The notes under the pieces are model-generated. The model was not told the origin of the DNA and did no database searches. It saw only the letters and a list, made by a program, of their open reading frames with translations. This document shows positions 63,628 to 64,000 of a DNA stretch of 64,000 nucleotides, piece after piece (the first letter of the stretch is position 1; each line of letters begins with the position of its first letter). Source of the DNA: Escherichia phage vB_Eco_F31; sequence record OP870147.1; one strand, given 5' to 3'. The position numbers and the translations under genes were made by a program.

Positions 63628-63801
63628 TATTATTTCTCTTAAGGTTTGGGCCATTCCGTGGCACATGTTAGGTCCTTCGACTCGCTATGTAAACCCATTA
63701 CCGCACTTGGGCTCGACCTTATTACAGGTTGGAAAAGGTACATCACTCAGAGGACTCGACGTTCATGAGGAGAGGTTGCGTTTCCCTTTATTAGGCAAGA
63801 A

Positions 63802-64000
63802 TTATACTCTAGGCTTTTGAGCTTGTTTGGTATTGGATTCCCATGCGGCTTTGGTAATTTTGTTAGCGGCATAACCAAAGGCATTAGATAGAACACCTTT
63901 AGAGTTGAATACATCCAATCCAATAAGTACACCGGCTGTGTTAAATTTAGGAGCAAAGTACGCATTAGTTTTAGAAAGAGCTTTTTTCAATTCAGGGTCT
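63802..64000 (-). CDS. C-terminal end of a gene continuing beyond the window
   Basis: ORF runs off the 3' edge of the window; only the last ~62 codons are visible. Confidence 0.35.
   Translation of the reverse strand, partial: DPELKKALSKTNAYFAPKFNTAGVLIGLDVFNSKGVLSNAFGYAANKITKAAWESNTKQAQKPRV

Noticed and set aside
63747-63965. ORF 63747-63965 (72 aa) from the six-frame track
   Set aside because: It overlaps the 3' end of a better-supported ORF and the GC-rich leader, has no RBS and a low-complexity translation.
1-64000. tRNA or other RNA genes
   Set aside because: No region showed a convincing tRNA cloverleaf (acceptor/T-arm GTTC-type pattern) on either strand; the T4 tRNA cluster would lie outside this part of a T4-like genome. 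Not a computational scan.

Overview
This window reads as the early/middle-gene arm of a T4-like myovirus (Tevenvirinae), with almost every gene on the minus strand. Gene order follows T4: rIIA, topoisomerase II large subunit (gene 39), dexA, dda, srd, modA/modB, soc, 56, 61, sp, dmd, 41, 40, uvsX, 42, 43, regA, 62, 44, 45, rpbA, 46, 47, 55, nrdH/nrdG/nrdD, 49, nrdC, rI, tk, regB. The N-terminus of the 903-aa DNA polymerase matches what I remember of RB69 gp43, so the phage is probably RB69-like; this is recall, not a search result. The main finding is a DNA hypermodification system where T4 carries its glucosyltransferases. No alpha-gt or beta-gt is present. Instead, an island between uvsX and gene 43 (23.7-30.2 kb) encodes a KdsD-like SIS sugar-phosphate isomerase, a HAD phosphatase, a fused RmlA-like nucleotidyltransferase/ChoK-APH-like kinase, a Cys-rich putative Fe-S protein, and two unassigned proteins around the dCMP hydroxymethylase. 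An orphan GT-B glycosyltransferase sits next to rIIA (2.5-3.6 kb). Together these fit a route from ribulose-5-P to an NDP-pentose (arabinose-type) transferred onto 5-hmC; RB69-like phages are reported to carry arabinosyl-hmC, but the pathway assignment here is inference from motifs. Other notable items are a chimeric, frameshift-split grcA-like gene whose 3' part looks host-derived, repeated early-promoter cassettes flanking accessory genes, tandem paralogues, a nucleotidyltransferase/ATPase module, a macro-domain protein and extra genes around dmd. All calls rest on motifs, synteny and remembered T4 proteins; no database search was run. Derived coordinates for promoters, terminators and adjusted starts may be off by 1-2 nt.
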